A DNA stretch of 64,000 bases from a virus (Duplodnaviria; Caudoviricetes), in the IMG/VR virus record IMGVR_UViG_3300025018_000093, one strand, 5' to 3'. The notes under the pieces were generated by a model. The model was not told the origin of the DNA. It saw only the letters and a program-made list of their open reading frames with translations, and searched no databases. The position numbers were made by a program, and so were the translations under genes. Each line of letters begins with the position of its first letter. Within the stretch, counting starts at the first letter, position 1. Of this stretch, positions 26,331 through 36,691 are shown piece by piece.

Positions 26331-27319
26331 GCTTCTCACCTGTCCTACTGGTATCCGGTGCGGATGCATATCGTCGCCGCAAAAGGCTCCGTCGTTTGTT
26401 GCAGGGGCTTCAGAGTCAAGGGTGGCGGATTTCTGAGGTAGAGGCGACAGACAGCTTACGGTTGTCCCAGCTACTGACGGGGTCCTCCTTGTTCCGGGCC
26501 AAGACCCTCATCCTTGTGAACAACCCTGACAAGATCAATGCAGAGCTGGTTGTCCGGCAACAGGACAACCCCATGTCGAATGTCGTCCTTCTTCTTCACC
26601 TGGATGGGGAAGCTAAGGGGGCTTTCAAAGCGCTACTCAAGAAGCTACCCGACAGTGCGCACCAGTACTTCCCAAAGCCTAATTTGTGGAAGCAGGACGA
26701 AGATGCGATCTCTCTTTGCCAGGTGGAGATGCGGGAGCACGGAAAGGTGATCTCCAAGGAGCTTTCCGAGCAGGTCGTGGGTTTTGTGGGGTCCTCTGAT
26801 CTTGGGTTTCTGTCCTTTGAGATGCTCAAGCTTTCCATCCTACTTGATGCCTACGGGGAGAAGGAAGTGAAGCCCTCCCATGTGGCTTCCACGGTCACCC
26901 TGATGGAAGAGGCGTCAGTCTTCCCCATCCTAGACGCGCTGGGGACAGGTAACTTGCGGAAGCTCCAGGCGGCTCTGGGGCGCGTCGAAAAAACGACCTC
27001 GGGGGATCCCACGATCAAGGTGGTTCGGCTGCTTGCACCCACCTTGGGGAAATGGGCTGCGGCCGCCTCCCTAGAAGAAAAGAAAGTTCCACCCGAGGAA
27101 GCGGCTGTGATGATGAATCACAATCCGTGGTATCATCAAAACAAAGTTCTGCCCCCGGCCCGGAGATGGGGTTTCCGTCGTTTGATAGCTCTCCTGGGGG
27201 GCTTAGCAGAGTCTGAGCGGCAAGTGTTTACAGGTTCCGTTTCTCCGTGGATTGGCCTTGAATCTCGCATGCTTAGGGCTTGCAGTAAGCTACGAAAACA
27301 GAAGCTCCCCCTGATCTAA
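26327..27319 (+). CDS. holA: clamp-loader delta-like subunit
   Basis: VLLVSGADAY, SLFRAKTLILV, EMLKLSIL, VFPILDAL pattern. Confidence 0.75.
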   Translation: MSFSPVLLVSGADAYRRRKRLRRLLQGLQSQGWRISEVEATDSLRLSQLLTGSSLFRAKTLILVNNPDKINAELVVRQQDNPMSNVVLLLHLDGEAKGAFKALLKKLPDSAHQYFPKPNLWKQDEDAISLCQVEMREHGKVISKELSEQVVGFVGSSDLGFLSFEMLKLSILLDAYGEKEVKPSHVASTVTLMEEASVFPILDALGTGNLRKLQAALGRVEKTTSGDPTIKVVRLLAPTLGKWAAAASLEEKKVPPEEAAVMMNHNPWYHQNKVLPPARRWGFRRLIALLGGLAESERQVFTGSVSPWIGLESRMLRACSKLRKQKLPLI

Positions 27320-27401
27320 TAGCGGTTCGATACCCTGCACTGTGTGGGTTCTGACAAGTCAAAGGAAACTCCCTTTGCAGTGGTAACAGGAGATAGGTTC
27401 T

Positions 27402-29576
27402 ATGAGGACATTCGTGGTGCCAGAGGGCATGCCCCGTTCAATTTTCGAGAACAAGTACAGTCGACAGAAAGTTGACGGCACGTTCCAGAGCTGGGCAGAA
27501 AGGGTGTCTGAGGTGGTGGCTGGGAACTTCACACTCGCCCCGGAGGCATCTCCCGAGGACTATCAGCGGACGCTGGAGCTGGCCACTGCAGGGGTGATGC
27601 CTTTCAGTGGTCGTCACCTGCAACACGGTGACCTGGACCAGAAGAACAAGATCGGAGAAAGTTATGTAAACTGCGCCACAGCTCTCTTTTCCTTCGTGAA
27701 CTTCTGGCTACTGCTCAAGGGTAGCGGCGTGGGTCGGTGCTACGACAGCGCTCTCTGCCGAACCGATTGGGATAATCTCCCCAATGTTCGTTTTGTGCTG
27801 GATGCCCCTGACATTCGCACAGGGGTGGGGGGTCACCCAGACTATGAGACTTGGATTGAGAGCGTGGAGGAGGCGCGCCACAAGTATGACTCTGAATCCG
27901 AAATGGTCCGTTGGTTTGAGGTAGCCGACTCAGCCGAAGGGTGGGTGAAGGTGATCGAGGTGATGGAAACTGCAGCTTGGCAGGGGAAGCACAGGGACAA
28001 GCTGTACATCTTTGACTTCAGTCGAGTGCGGGGCCGTGGTGTTCCCATTGTAGGACAGCAGGGTCGCCCTGCAAGCGGACCCATCCCTTTCATCAAAGCT
28101 CTGATTCAGGTTTGCTCGATTCGGGGAGCTGGGATGAAACCCTGGAAGCAGGCCATGTACGTGGACCACTACCTGGCGGATTGCGTTGCGATGGGTGGTA
28201 TCCGTCGTTCCTCTCGTATTGCTGTCAAGTCCTGGCGTGACCGGGACGTGATTGAGTTCATCGACATCAAGCGAGGGGGGTGGCTGCACACGGCTAACAA
28301 CTCTGTGGGTCTGGATGATGAGTTCTGGGAGAAGGTGCAAACTCCGGCTCCCAGTCATGCGCGACGGGTGTTCGAGGCCATGTGTTCGGCAGGTTACTTC
28401 GACAACACAGGGGAGCCGGGTTTCTTGAACTTGCAACGTATGGTCTGGAACAGTCGGGGTCTCGACCGAATCCAACCTGAGAATCTTCTTTGTGACGATG
28501 GGAGTCGCATTCTGGACCTTCATCCCAAGACGTTGGAGATGATGGGGTCCCTGCTCCAGCATGCTAAGAGTAGAAAGTTCCCGTATTTGTGTAATCCATG
28601 TGGTGAGGTGGTTTTGGCCATTTGGGGTGGTTACTGCGTCATTGGTGACATCTGCCTTGCCAATGCGGAATCCCTAGAGGAAGTTCTGGACGCTGCTCGC
28701 TTGATGGCTCCCTTCCTGATGCGGACGAACTTGATGAAGTTCCTCTACAAGGCAGAGGTGAAGCGAACCAATCGCATTGGCATTGGGATCACGGGCATCC
28801 ACGAGTTCGCCTACAAGCATTTCGGGTTGTCCTTCTGGGACCTCATCGATGAGGAGCGTTCGCAGACGTTCTGGGACTTCATGGCGAGTATGCGCCATGC
28901 GGCGGAGCAATCTGCCACGCAGTATGCGGAGCACCTGGGTGTGGAAGTGCCCCACACGATGCTGACCATTAAGCCTAGTGGCACCATTTCGAAAGTGTGC
29001 GCCTGCACGGAAGGGGCTCATCTCCCTGCCTATGCCTATTATGTGCGGTGGGTGCAGTACAACCAGGATGCGTCGGAGGTGCCCGCGCATCGCCATCGTG
29101 GATACCCCATTAAGGATATTAGCCAGCAGTACCCCGGTCGGGTGGTTGTCGGCTTCCCCACGAAACTACCCATCGCAGACGTGATGGGTGCGGATGTGGT
29201 TTGTGCCGGGGATCCCTCTCCAGAGCAGCACTACCAGTGGCTTCGTCTCCTGGAGAAATACTGGCTTGGTGAGGGGACGCACAATCAGGTCTCCTACTCC
29301 TTGAAGTATGATCCTACGAAGCTCCGCTATGAGGATTACATGCGGGCGATTCTGAAGAATCAAAGTACTGTGCGAGCGTGTTCCTTTATGCCGCAATCGG
29401 ACTTGTCAGCTTACGCCTATCTCCCAGAGGAAGTCATTTCGAAAGAGACCTACGACGGGATGCTCCAGAACATCCGTCGTTTCGCGGCAGAGGCGTATGA
29501 CGACGTGCATTTGGCATGCTCCTCCGGTGCATGCCCCTTGGAGCCTGACCATTTCACCCCCTCGACCTCTGTCTGA
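27402..29576 (+). CDS. nrdJ: class II (B12-dependent) ribonucleotide reductase
   Basis: FSGRHL, YVNCA, CNPCGE, RIGIGITG, TIKPSGTISK, C-terminal CSSGACP. Confidence 0.85.
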   Translation: MRTFVVPEGMPRSIFENKYSRQKVDGTFQSWAERVSEVVAGNFTLAPEASPEDYQRTLELATAGVMPFSGRHLQHGDLDQKNKIGESYVNCATALFSFVNFWLLLKGSGVGRCYDSALCRTDWDNLPNVRFVLDAPDIRTGVGGHPDYETWIESVEEARHKYDSESEMVRWFEVADSAEGWVKVIEVMETAAWQGKHRDKLYIFDFSRVRGRGVPIVGQQGRPASGPIPFIKALIQVCSIRGAGMKPWKQAMYVDHYLADCVAMGGIRRSSRIAVKSWRDRDVIEFIDIKRGGWLHTANNSVGLDDEFWEKVQTPAPSHARRVFEAMCSAGYFDNTGEPGFLNLQRMVWNSRGLDRIQPENLLCDDGSRILDLHPKTLEMMGSLLQHAKSRKFPYLCNPCGEVVLAIWGGYCVIGDICLANAESLEEVLDAARLMAPFLMRTNLMKFLYKAEVKRTNRIGIGITGIHEFAYKHFGLSFWDLIDEERSQTFWDFMASMRHAAEQSATQYAEHLGVEVPHTMLTIKPSGTISKVCACTEGAHLPAYAYYVRWVQYNQDASEVPAHRHRGYPIKDISQQYPGRVVVGFPTKLPIADVMGADVVCAGDPSPEQHYQWLRLLEKYWLGEGTHNQVSYSLKYDPTKLRYEDYMRAILKNQSTVRACSFMPQSDLSAYAYLPEEVISKETYDGMLQNIRRFAAEAYDDVHLACSSGACPLEPDHFTPSTSV

Positions 29577-29614
29577 GTTTTTCCAGCAAAGGAAGGACAC
29601 TTCCCTCTCAGAAT

Positions 29615-30040
29615 GTGTATGGCATGTGGGAGGGAGGGTGCGTGATCAATAAGCTGTTTGGTATTCTCTATCAATCCGGGAAATCGTTCCACATGCACTC
29701 TGTGCCCCAGGGGGATGCTGTTTCTCTGGACAGTGTTCTTCAGAGAGTGGAGGGGACGGAGGTGCGATTGTTCCTTCAGAATGCCCCGGATGGTTGTCGT
29801 TGGGGTGGCTCCGGACTATGTCCTGCGGGACACCATGACGCCCCGGATCTAGTCCTGACGTTCCAGGAGCAGGGCACGCTGCAGAGTGTAGACGGTGCTT
29901 GGAGAGTGGGTGCGCAAGCGATACCCTTCCACCTGTATGAAGGGCACGTCTGTCAGTTCGAGGTTTTCCCTAGTGAGGCGGACCTGCGTGAGCGTGCCTT
30001 GCGCTTGCAGTCTCTGCTTCGGAAAGTACGGGACTTGTGA
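29615..30040 (+). CDS. hypothetical protein
   Basis: ORF coupled to recD. Confidence 0.6.
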   Translation: MYGMWEGGCVINKLFGILYQSGKSFHMHSVPQGDAVSLDSVLQRVEGTEVRLFLQNAPDGCRWGGSGLCPAGHHDAPDLVLTFQEQGTLQSVDGAWRVGAQAIPFHLYEGHVCQFEVFPSEADLRERALRLQSLLRKVRDL

Positions 30041-32427
30041 TGTATTTTTCTGGAAAGGTCAGCGATATTGTCTTCTCGAAGAAGAACCAGGGGTTCTACA
30101 TCCTCAAGATGCTCCTCGATGGGGACTCCGGGGAGGCGCTTGTACGGGAGTACGACTCCATCGGGGAGAGTCTTGTTGCCGTCAAAGGATACGTGCCTGG
30201 CCTGACCGTCCAAGTTGGATCCTGGTTTGGGTTCGAGGGCAAGTGGATACAGGATGCGAAGTATGGTCGGCAGATTGAGATCACCTTGGCCCCTGTGTTC
30301 AAGGGCTACATTGACCCCGAAACGGTGTCCAGCCTCCTGATGGATAACGGTGTTGCGGACATGGTGACCTATGAGCTTCGACGTTCCTTTGGAAAGGATA
30401 TGTCCGAGGCTTTGAAGAGTCCCTCCCGTATCCAGGGAGCCCTGGGGATCTCTTCCTTTGAGGCAGAGTTTATCTCCACGAGGTGGTGCAGTCTCAACCG
30501 CAAGTTGCAGGCCCTGGAGGCCGTCAACAACTTGGGTTTGCCCAAGTCCAAAATCGGTGAGATATGGGGCATGTTTGGGGATGACACGGAGGAGATACTG
30601 GCTACGAATCCTTGGGCTTTGGTACGCATTGACGGAATTCCCTTTGCCAAGATGGATGAGCTGGCGAGGGCAGCTGGTACCCCTCTGGATGGGATAGGAC
30701 GAAGGAAAGCATCCGTCATCTTCGCGTGTCGAGAGTCCCTGGGCAACGGGGACTTGTTCATGGGGTCCCTTAACCTGTTGGCTGCAGTGCAACGCATGGC
30801 CTCCGACCTAACTGCACGGCAGGTTGCGGAGGCTATCCGAGAGTGTCACTCCGAGGGGAGTCTCGTTGTTGACAAGAGCACTCGACCTGGGACTACGGCA
30901 ATCTATGACCCTTGGCACTTTACACTGGAGTCTGACACCGCGAGGGAGTTGCGGGACAGGTTCAACAATGCAGCTCCAGAGCCCGAGTACTTCAACCGCA
31001 TGGCATATGTTGGTGACCGTACCGCTTCCGTTGTGGAAGCCGGTGGGGCTCCTGAGGAAGTCGTGCGGACGGCAATTCAGGAGTGTGCCGAGCAGATTGG
31101 TTTTGCCCTCTCCTCAGAACAATTCGAGGGTGTGCGAAATGGCCTCCTACATCCAATATCCATCCTGACAGGTCTACCCGGGACGGGGAAGTCGACCTCC
31201 ATGCAAGTGCTCGTGCGGGTACTCCGTGCCGCACGGATACACTTTCTCCTGGCAGCTCCCACGGGGATTGCTGCGAAGCGTTTGGGCTCGGTTTGTCATT
31301 CGGTGGCTTCCACCATCCATCGTGCTCTGGGGGCGAAGGGGAAGGATGACGACAACCAGAGAGAGTCCACCTACGCGGGTATTGTGGGGGAGTCGAAGGA
31401 CGTGAAAAACTCGGGACAGGAGGGTTTTTGGGCGAGCAATCCCCGCAATCCCCATCCTTCCGAGGTCGTCATCCTCGATGAGTGCAGCATGATTGACCAG
31501 CATCTGCTGTATCGTGTGCTGCAGGGGACAAGTCCTACAACTCGCCTGGTTCTTGTGGGTGATGCCGCTCAGCTACCCTCGGTTGGTCCTGGAAATGTGC
31601 TTCGTGACATGATCTCTTCGGGTGCTTTCCCCGTAGTGTCTCTGACCCAGATTTTTCGCCAAGAGGACACGAGTGACATTGTAACGGCTGCGCATGCGAT
31701 GTATCGAGGGGAGATCCCTGCGACGGGACGGGAGACAGACTTTGTGCTGCTCCCCGTGCAGGATGAGGAGAAGGTTCTGCAGGTTATCGTTAGGTTGTCG
31801 GAGAAGCTCTACCAGGTGGCAGATACCTGGGAAGGTGAGGGGTCCCCGCCGACGTTTCAAGTGCTCTCTCCTAGGCACATGGGGACGGTTGGGGTGACGA
31901 ACCTGAACTCCCATCTTCGACAGGTGCTGAACCCTCGTTCCGACGCACTGGCTGAGATACGGTTGGGGAAGGAGGATGCCCGCGAGAATGACCGTGTGAT
32001 GGTTGTGAAGAACAACTACGATCTTGGGGTGTTCAATGGGGACATCGGCACTGTGGTGAAGATCGACCGTAGAGCTAAGATCGTAAAGGTCAAGATTCAT
32101 GGGGTACCCCCGGTGTACGTTTCCTTCCCCCTCAGTGCCGTCTACAACCACCTTCGTCTGGCATATGCCTGCACCGTGCACAAGTATCAGGGTCTGGAAG
32201 TGGACACTGTTGTGCTACCTGTCATCCCTAGTTTTAGACACCAGCTGCAGCGGAATCTCTACTACACAGCGATCACCCGAGCCCGCAAGAAAGTCATCCT
32301 GGTGGGTTCTCGCTCTGCGTTGGAGGCTGCTGTCCACAATAACAAGGAAGACCAGAGAAACACGCTGTTTCTGGATCGTCTTCAACGTCTTTTCTCGGTG
32401 CGGTCAGTTTCCTCGGAAACTGCGTAG
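30037..32427 (+). CDS. recD: RecD2-like SF1 helicase
   Basis: LTGLPGTGKST, LAAPTGIAAKR, ILDECSM, VGDAAQLPSVGPG, LAYACTVHKYQGLE, YTAITRAR. Confidence 0.95.
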   Translation: MMYFSGKVSDIVFSKKNQGFYILKMLLDGDSGEALVREYDSIGESLVAVKGYVPGLTVQVGSWFGFEGKWIQDAKYGRQIEITLAPVFKGYIDPETVSSLLMDNGVADMVTYELRRSFGKDMSEALKSPSRIQGALGISSFEAEFISTRWCSLNRKLQALEAVNNLGLPKSKIGEIWGMFGDDTEEILATNPWALVRIDGIPFAKMDELARAAGTPLDGIGRRKASVIFACRESLGNGDLFMGSLNLLAAVQRMASDLTARQVAEAIRECHSEGSLVVDKSTRPGTTAIYDPWHFTLESDTARELRDRFNNAAPEPEYFNRMAYVGDRTASVVEAGGAPEEVVRTAIQECAEQIGFALSSEQFEGVRNGLLHPISILTGLPGTGKSTSMQVLVRVLRAARIHFLLAAPTGIAAKRLGSVCHSVASTIHRALGAKGKDDDNQRESTYAGIVGESKDVKNSGQEGFWASNPRNPHPSEVVILDECSMIDQHLLYRVLQGTSPTTRLVLVGDAAQLPSVGPGNVLRDMISSGAFPVVSLTQIFRQEDTSDIVTAAHAMYRGEIPATGRETDFVLLPVQDEEKVLQVIVRLSEKLYQVADTWEGEGSPPTFQVLSPRHMGTVGVTNLNSHLRQVLNPRSDALAEIRLGKEDARENDRVMVVKNNYDLGVFNGDIGTVVKIDRRAKIVKVKIHGVPPVYVSFPLSAVYNHLRLAYACTVHKYQGLEVDTVVLPVIPSFRHQLQRNLYYTAITRARKKVILVGSRSALEAAVHNNKEDQRNTLFLDRLQRLFSVRSVSSETA

Positions 32428-32450
32428 TAGTCACGGGAAGGGGGTCCTTT

Positions 32451-32786
32451 ATGTCTGATGCAGACACGAACAAATTGCGGGGTTACTTGCAGCAGCTACG
32501 GAGCAAGGTATCCGTGCAGCATGTGACTTGCACTCGAAGAGTGGCCTCACAGAACAAAGCCATGGGGGATACCCTGCTCAGCTACGAGGTGGTGCTTGAG
32601 GAGGGTGTCTCTTTGGACGAGGCGCGGGTGATTTCGCTCCTTCTCGGACTTGAGGTAGACTTGGCTGCACACAACAATGCCCTGGCTGGCGGTATCCTTT
32701 CGCAAGAAAGGCGGGACGTAGCAATGTCTGCTTTGCGCAACAACTACAATGCCCTGCTGTCTCAAGTGCTCGAAAGGGAACGGTAA
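32451..32786 (+). CDS. hypothetical protein
   Basis: operonic ORF. Confidence 0.7.
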   Translation: MSDADTNKLRGYLQQLRSKVSVQHVTCTRRVASQNKAMGDTLLSYEVVLEEGVSLDEARVISLLLGLEVDLAAHNNALAGGILSQERRDVAMSALRNNYNALLSQVLERER

Positions 32787-32795
32787 GACGGAGGA

Positions 32796-33824
32796 GTGAT
32801 GTCTGAGGACAAGACCAATATCCTTTGCTTGGAGGCAAAGGAAGGGGACTCTCTGGTTGACTTGGATGCTGTAGACTTTCTTCTCAATGCAATGGAGGGG
32901 ATGAGCATTGAGTTGGATAGAGATCCCCTGGGCGGTGGCCCCACGCGCCTGCAGAGTAAACTGGCCACTGTGCGGAACATGCTCTCCAAGTTGCAGAGGT
33001 GGTACCACATCGTCAGTCGTGCGGACCACACCTTGGGGCGTTCCCTGTTGCTCATCAACACGGAGCTGGAACTTCGAGTGAAGGATCTACTCGCAAATGA
33101 TCCCGAGGTGAAAAAGCCTACTTCCCACAGAGATCGAGAAGCTGTGGCGCACTACAAGCTGCGGGCGCTGTTTCAAGAGAAGTATCGGCTGGAAGCCGCC
33201 GTGCACGATACGACATCCGTTCTCCGAGCGCTGTCGCAGAAGCGCACGGACCTGAAGGATATGATCTCTCGACTTAGAGATCAGGTGCGGCTTTGCCAGG
33301 ATGAGTTGACGCTGGGTCGCAAGTGGGGTTCCAAGGTACCGGAGTCCAAGCTGGTTATCACCCCAGAGCCTTTCCTTTCTCAGGCGGTTTCGGAAGATGC
33401 CGACGTCACCCTTGCAGAACTGCTGAGCGAGAGTGATCAGGATGCCTCTCTCTACGACTTTGAGGTTCCTACACGGGCTTCCTTGGAGGAGCGCCTTGTG
33501 AGTAAGGAGCCCCTCCCGGACAGTACCCCGGAGCCTTCCGAGGTGGCGGTCACACTGACAGAACTTCTCGGTGCTGAGTTTGATTCGGGGAACCCCTCCG
33601 AGAAGAGTCTAGTTGTGAAGGCGGAGCCACCCTCTGCTCCAGATCCTGCAGAGAAAACTGACAACCCTCTCGACCTCTCTGGCGTTCCGATGGATAATGC
33701 CCTTGAAGAGTTGAGCATGGATGTGCTAGACGAGCTGTTTCAAGAGTCTCAAGGAATTGCCCCCACCGTGGAGGCGGATGCTGAGGATATCGAAGATGGC
33801 CTTCCTGCTGATTTTTGGGAGTAG
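32796..33824 (+). CDS. coiled-coil protein with an acidic tail
   Basis: GGAGG RBS; 342 aa. Confidence 0.75.
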   Translation: MMSEDKTNILCLEAKEGDSLVDLDAVDFLLNAMEGMSIELDRDPLGGGPTRLQSKLATVRNMLSKLQRWYHIVSRADHTLGRSLLLINTELELRVKDLLANDPEVKKPTSHRDREAVAHYKLRALFQEKYRLEAAVHDTTSVLRALSQKRTDLKDMISRLRDQVRLCQDELTLGRKWGSKVPESKLVITPEPFLSQAVSEDADVTLAELLSESDQDASLYDFEVPTRASLEERLVSKEPLPDSTPEPSEVAVTLTELLGAEFDSGNPSEKSLVVKAEPPSAPDPAEKTDNPLDLSGVPMDNALEELSMDVLDELFQESQGIAPTVEADAEDIEDGLPADFWE

Positions 33825-33957
33825 GGAGGTTACTTTTCTCGACGATTGCGTATGGTCACTGGAAGCGGGGGCTTCCAGAGACTGGTCTTGACCGGACCCG
33901 ATTTCCGGGTCGTCCTAACCCTTCACATAAGTCCCTGCGAAAACAAGGAGATGTGCT

Positions 33958-34704
33958 ATGGCCGATTATGATCCGTTCCGAGAGTTTGAGGTTGGTGACA
34001 ATGACGAGGACCTCGCGAGAGATGACAAGGAGAAGTTCAGTCCTCAGAAGGATGAGACGTATCGCGTGAGCTTGGCGTGGTGGCAATCACAAAAGTCCCC
34101 GGATGGTCGCATTCTGTTCAAGATGGACAGTGCGAAGCCCCGGATGCTGCAAACCAAGATCCTGTACGGTGGAAAGGGCGTCGGGTACGCCATCTACAAG
34201 GGACCGGAGTATGCGCGGCTCTTGGGGCGGGAGCCGGAAGACCGCATCGCAACTGTCGTTGTCTCATGGCCGGTGTTCCGCAAGGGTGGCAATGCAGGAA
34301 AAACGGATCCCGACCTGTTCAAGGCGGGGCGTTACGAAGTGCTGCCCTGGATCTTCAGCAAGCACAAGTACCAGCAGGTACTTCGTGCACACAACACGAA
34401 GCCTCTGGGTCGGGGTGATCTTCGGATCACCTGCACCAATGCCCAGTACCAGCATCTGGAGATGGGGTCCTACGAGGATAACTATCTTCGAAAGATCATG
34501 GAAAGCAAGCCGGAACTCTTCGAGGAGATTCGCCTCCGTGTGGCGGAGGTAGCTGGGAAGCTGAAGAAGCACCTGGGTACCGACTACACCCTGGAAGAAC
34601 TTCGCGAGAAGGTGGGCCTGGAAGGCGGGCAGCCGGAGGTGGGTGAGATCGCGACCTCCGGAGAGGACTTCGATGATCTGATCGATGGTCTGACGGAATC
34701 CTGA
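33958..34704 (+). CDS. probable phage single-stranded DNA-binding protein
   Basis: beta-rich aromatic core, acidic tail EDFDDLIDGLTES; sits among recombination genes. Confidence 0.5.
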   Translation: MADYDPFREFEVGDNDEDLARDDKEKFSPQKDETYRVSLAWWQSQKSPDGRILFKMDSAKPRMLQTKILYGGKGVGYAIYKGPEYARLLGREPEDRIATVVVSWPVFRKGGNAGKTDPDLFKAGRYEVLPWIFSKHKYQQVLRAHNTKPLGRGDLRITCTNAQYQHLEMGSYEDNYLRKIMESKPELFEEIRLRVAEVAGKLKKHLGTDYTLEELREKVGLEGGQPEVGEIATSGEDFDDLIDGLTES

Positions 34705-34757
34705 TTCCGGGTTCGGCGGGGAGGGGCTACTGCCTCTCCCCGCGAGAGGGGGAGTCC

Positions 34758-35399
34758 ATGCTAGTGCTGGGACTTGATCCCAGCCTGACGAACTATGGCT
34801 GGGCCTTACACGAGACAACAGCTCAGGGACAGAACAGGTGTGTGTTACGAGGGCGTCACCAGACACCCTCTCGAATGCTGGAGATTCTTCGTTACATGGA
34901 CCACAGGGAATATGTAGCGTCGTTGATTCGAACTCACAAGCCAGATCGGGTTGCCATTGAGTATCCCGTCTTCAACGAGTTGTACAGCTCTGGCATGTAT
35001 GGGTTGTTTCTGTTTACCTTTGAGGCTCTGCTTAGCTCTCGCGCCGACGTCGTGTTTCTCTCGAACAGCTCGACCAAGGCGCTGGTGCGTCGACTTCTGG
35101 ACCGCCCCAAGGGGTGGGGACAAATCACCAAGCAAGACATGATCGAGGCTGCCAAGCGTGATGTCGGTCGAGGAAGATGGACATCGGACGAAGCGGATGC
35201 CTACTGGGTTGCTGTCTTGGGGGGACGGTTCTGGGAGTTCTTTGCAGGGTCTCTGACGGAAGAGGCCTTGAGCGAGTATGAGAAAACGCTGTTCACTGAG
35301 ATAAAACGCCCTACGCGGGGCAAGATGGCTGGGAGAACCGTGGAGAAGGGTCTGGTGTATCGGCAGGATGACAGGTTCTTTCTTCTCTCTCAGTTGTAG
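34758..35399 (+). CDS. ruvC: RuvC-like Holliday junction resolvase
   Basis: VLGLDPSLTNYGWA, VAIEYP, DEADAYWVA. Confidence 0.85.
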   Translation: MLVLGLDPSLTNYGWALHETTAQGQNRCVLRGRHQTPSRMLEILRYMDHREYVASLIRTHKPDRVAIEYPVFNELYSSGMYGLFLFTFEALLSSRADVVFLSNSSTKALVRRLLDRPKGWGQITKQDMIEAAKRDVGRGRWTSDEADAYWVAVLGGRFWEFFAGSLTEEALSEYEKTLFTEIKRPTRGKMAGRTVEKGLVYRQDDRFFLLSQL

Positions 35400-35407
35400 G
35401 ACCCAAT

Positions 35408-36688
35408 ATGGCAAAGAAAACCACAACCGAGAACACCAAGCCGGGGAGTGCCGCTGAGAGGACTCTGCGTGCTATCGCACAGGTGAGAGGTGATCTCGGA
35501 AAGCAACAGGTACAGCTCAGCCGGAAGCACTTGAAGGCTGTCTGGCCGTACATCTCCCCTGGTAACGTCAAGCTCGAATACATTCTGGGCGGAGCTTTCG
35601 ACGCCAAGGGTATGAACTCTTGCCCCGGGTATCCCCGAGGGCGTATCACGAACATCTACGGGAAGGAGCATTGCGGGAAAACGAGTCTATGCCTGCATGC
35701 TGCTGCGGAGACCTGCGCTCGTGGCGGGTGCGTGTGCTACATCGACTATGAGCATGTGCTGGATATCCGGTACGCCGCCAAGTTGGGTGTCCCTGTACAC
35801 GACCCCTCCAAGTTTCTCCTGTTTCAGCCAGAGACTCTGGAGCAGGGTATCGGGTTGGTCTGCATGGCCGCCACCAACAAGATGGATTTGGTTGTGCTCG
35901 ACTCTGTGGGAGCTGCCGTCCCGAAGTCCGCTTTCGAGGTTTCCATCGAGGAGATGGTCAAAGCAGAGAACAAGGCCCTGGGTCTTCAGGCTCGTGTCTG
36001 GTCGAGTGCGATTCCGATGATCCTGCACTACCTGAACTCGGGTGGCACCGCGATGTTGGCCGTTGCTCAGCAGCGTGACAACATTAGCGCGAAAGGAAGC
36101 ACGGTGGTCGGGGGTAATGCCTGGAAGTACTACTCGGCGGTTCGCATTGAGATGCGACAAATCAGCCAGATCAAGGGAAGTCGTTACAATCCGATGACGC
36201 ACAAGATGGATTCAGAGGCGATTCTCGGGTCCCTGGTATCCATCAAGGTTAAGAAGGCGAAGCTTTCGGGTACCTCCAACTATGAGGCCGTCATAGAGTG
36301 CCTCCCGGATGTAGGGTTTGATCCCTTCCGCGTCTGCGTAGACCTGGCCGTCGCGCATGGCATCGTCAAGAAGGCAGGGTCTTGGTACTCTTGGGAGCAT
36401 GCCAAGCATGGTGAGATCAAGCAACAGGGCCTACAGGGTTTCATCACGGCTCTGAGGGGTATCCCGGGGATACAGGAGGAGTTGGACACGGTCATTCGAC
36501 CCTTCCTGCGGTCCCGGGACGTGTCTCCCAGTAGCGAGGATGAGGAGCCGGACTATCACGATGAGGAGGGTGCCTTCGTGGAGGGTGCCCTGGGTGAAGA
36601 GGACTTGGATGAGGAGGAGGTTCTTTCCCGGATCGGTGACATCACGGAAGGGAAGTTCTCGATTCCCTCCGAGGATGAGGAGGATTGA
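35408..36688 (+). CDS. recA: RecA/UvsX-like recombinase
   Basis: GYPRGRITNIYGKEHCGKT, LVVLDSV, GGNAWKYYSAVRIEMR, KKAGSWY. Confidence 0.95.
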   Translation: MAKKTTTENTKPGSAAERTLRAIAQVRGDLGKQQVQLSRKHLKAVWPYISPGNVKLEYILGGAFDAKGMNSCPGYPRGRITNIYGKEHCGKTSLCLHAAAETCARGGCVCYIDYEHVLDIRYAAKLGVPVHDPSKFLLFQPETLEQGIGLVCMAATNKMDLVVLDSVGAAVPKSAFEVSIEEMVKAENKALGLQARVWSSAIPMILHYLNSGGTAMLAVAQQRDNISAKGSTVVGGNAWKYYSAVRIEMRQISQIKGSRYNPMTHKMDSEAILGSLVSIKVKKAKLSGTSNYEAVIECLPDVGFDPFRVCVDLAVAHGIVKKAGSWYSWEHAKHGEIKQQGLQGFITALRGIPGIQEELDTVIRPFLRSRDVSPSSEDEEPDYHDEEGAFVEGALGEEDLDEEEVLSRIGDITEGKFSIPSEDEED

Positions 36689-36691
36689 TCA

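Noticed and set aside
27325-27345. T-loop-like GGTTCGATACC
   Set aside because: The stem does not pair and there is no acceptor or D arm around it.
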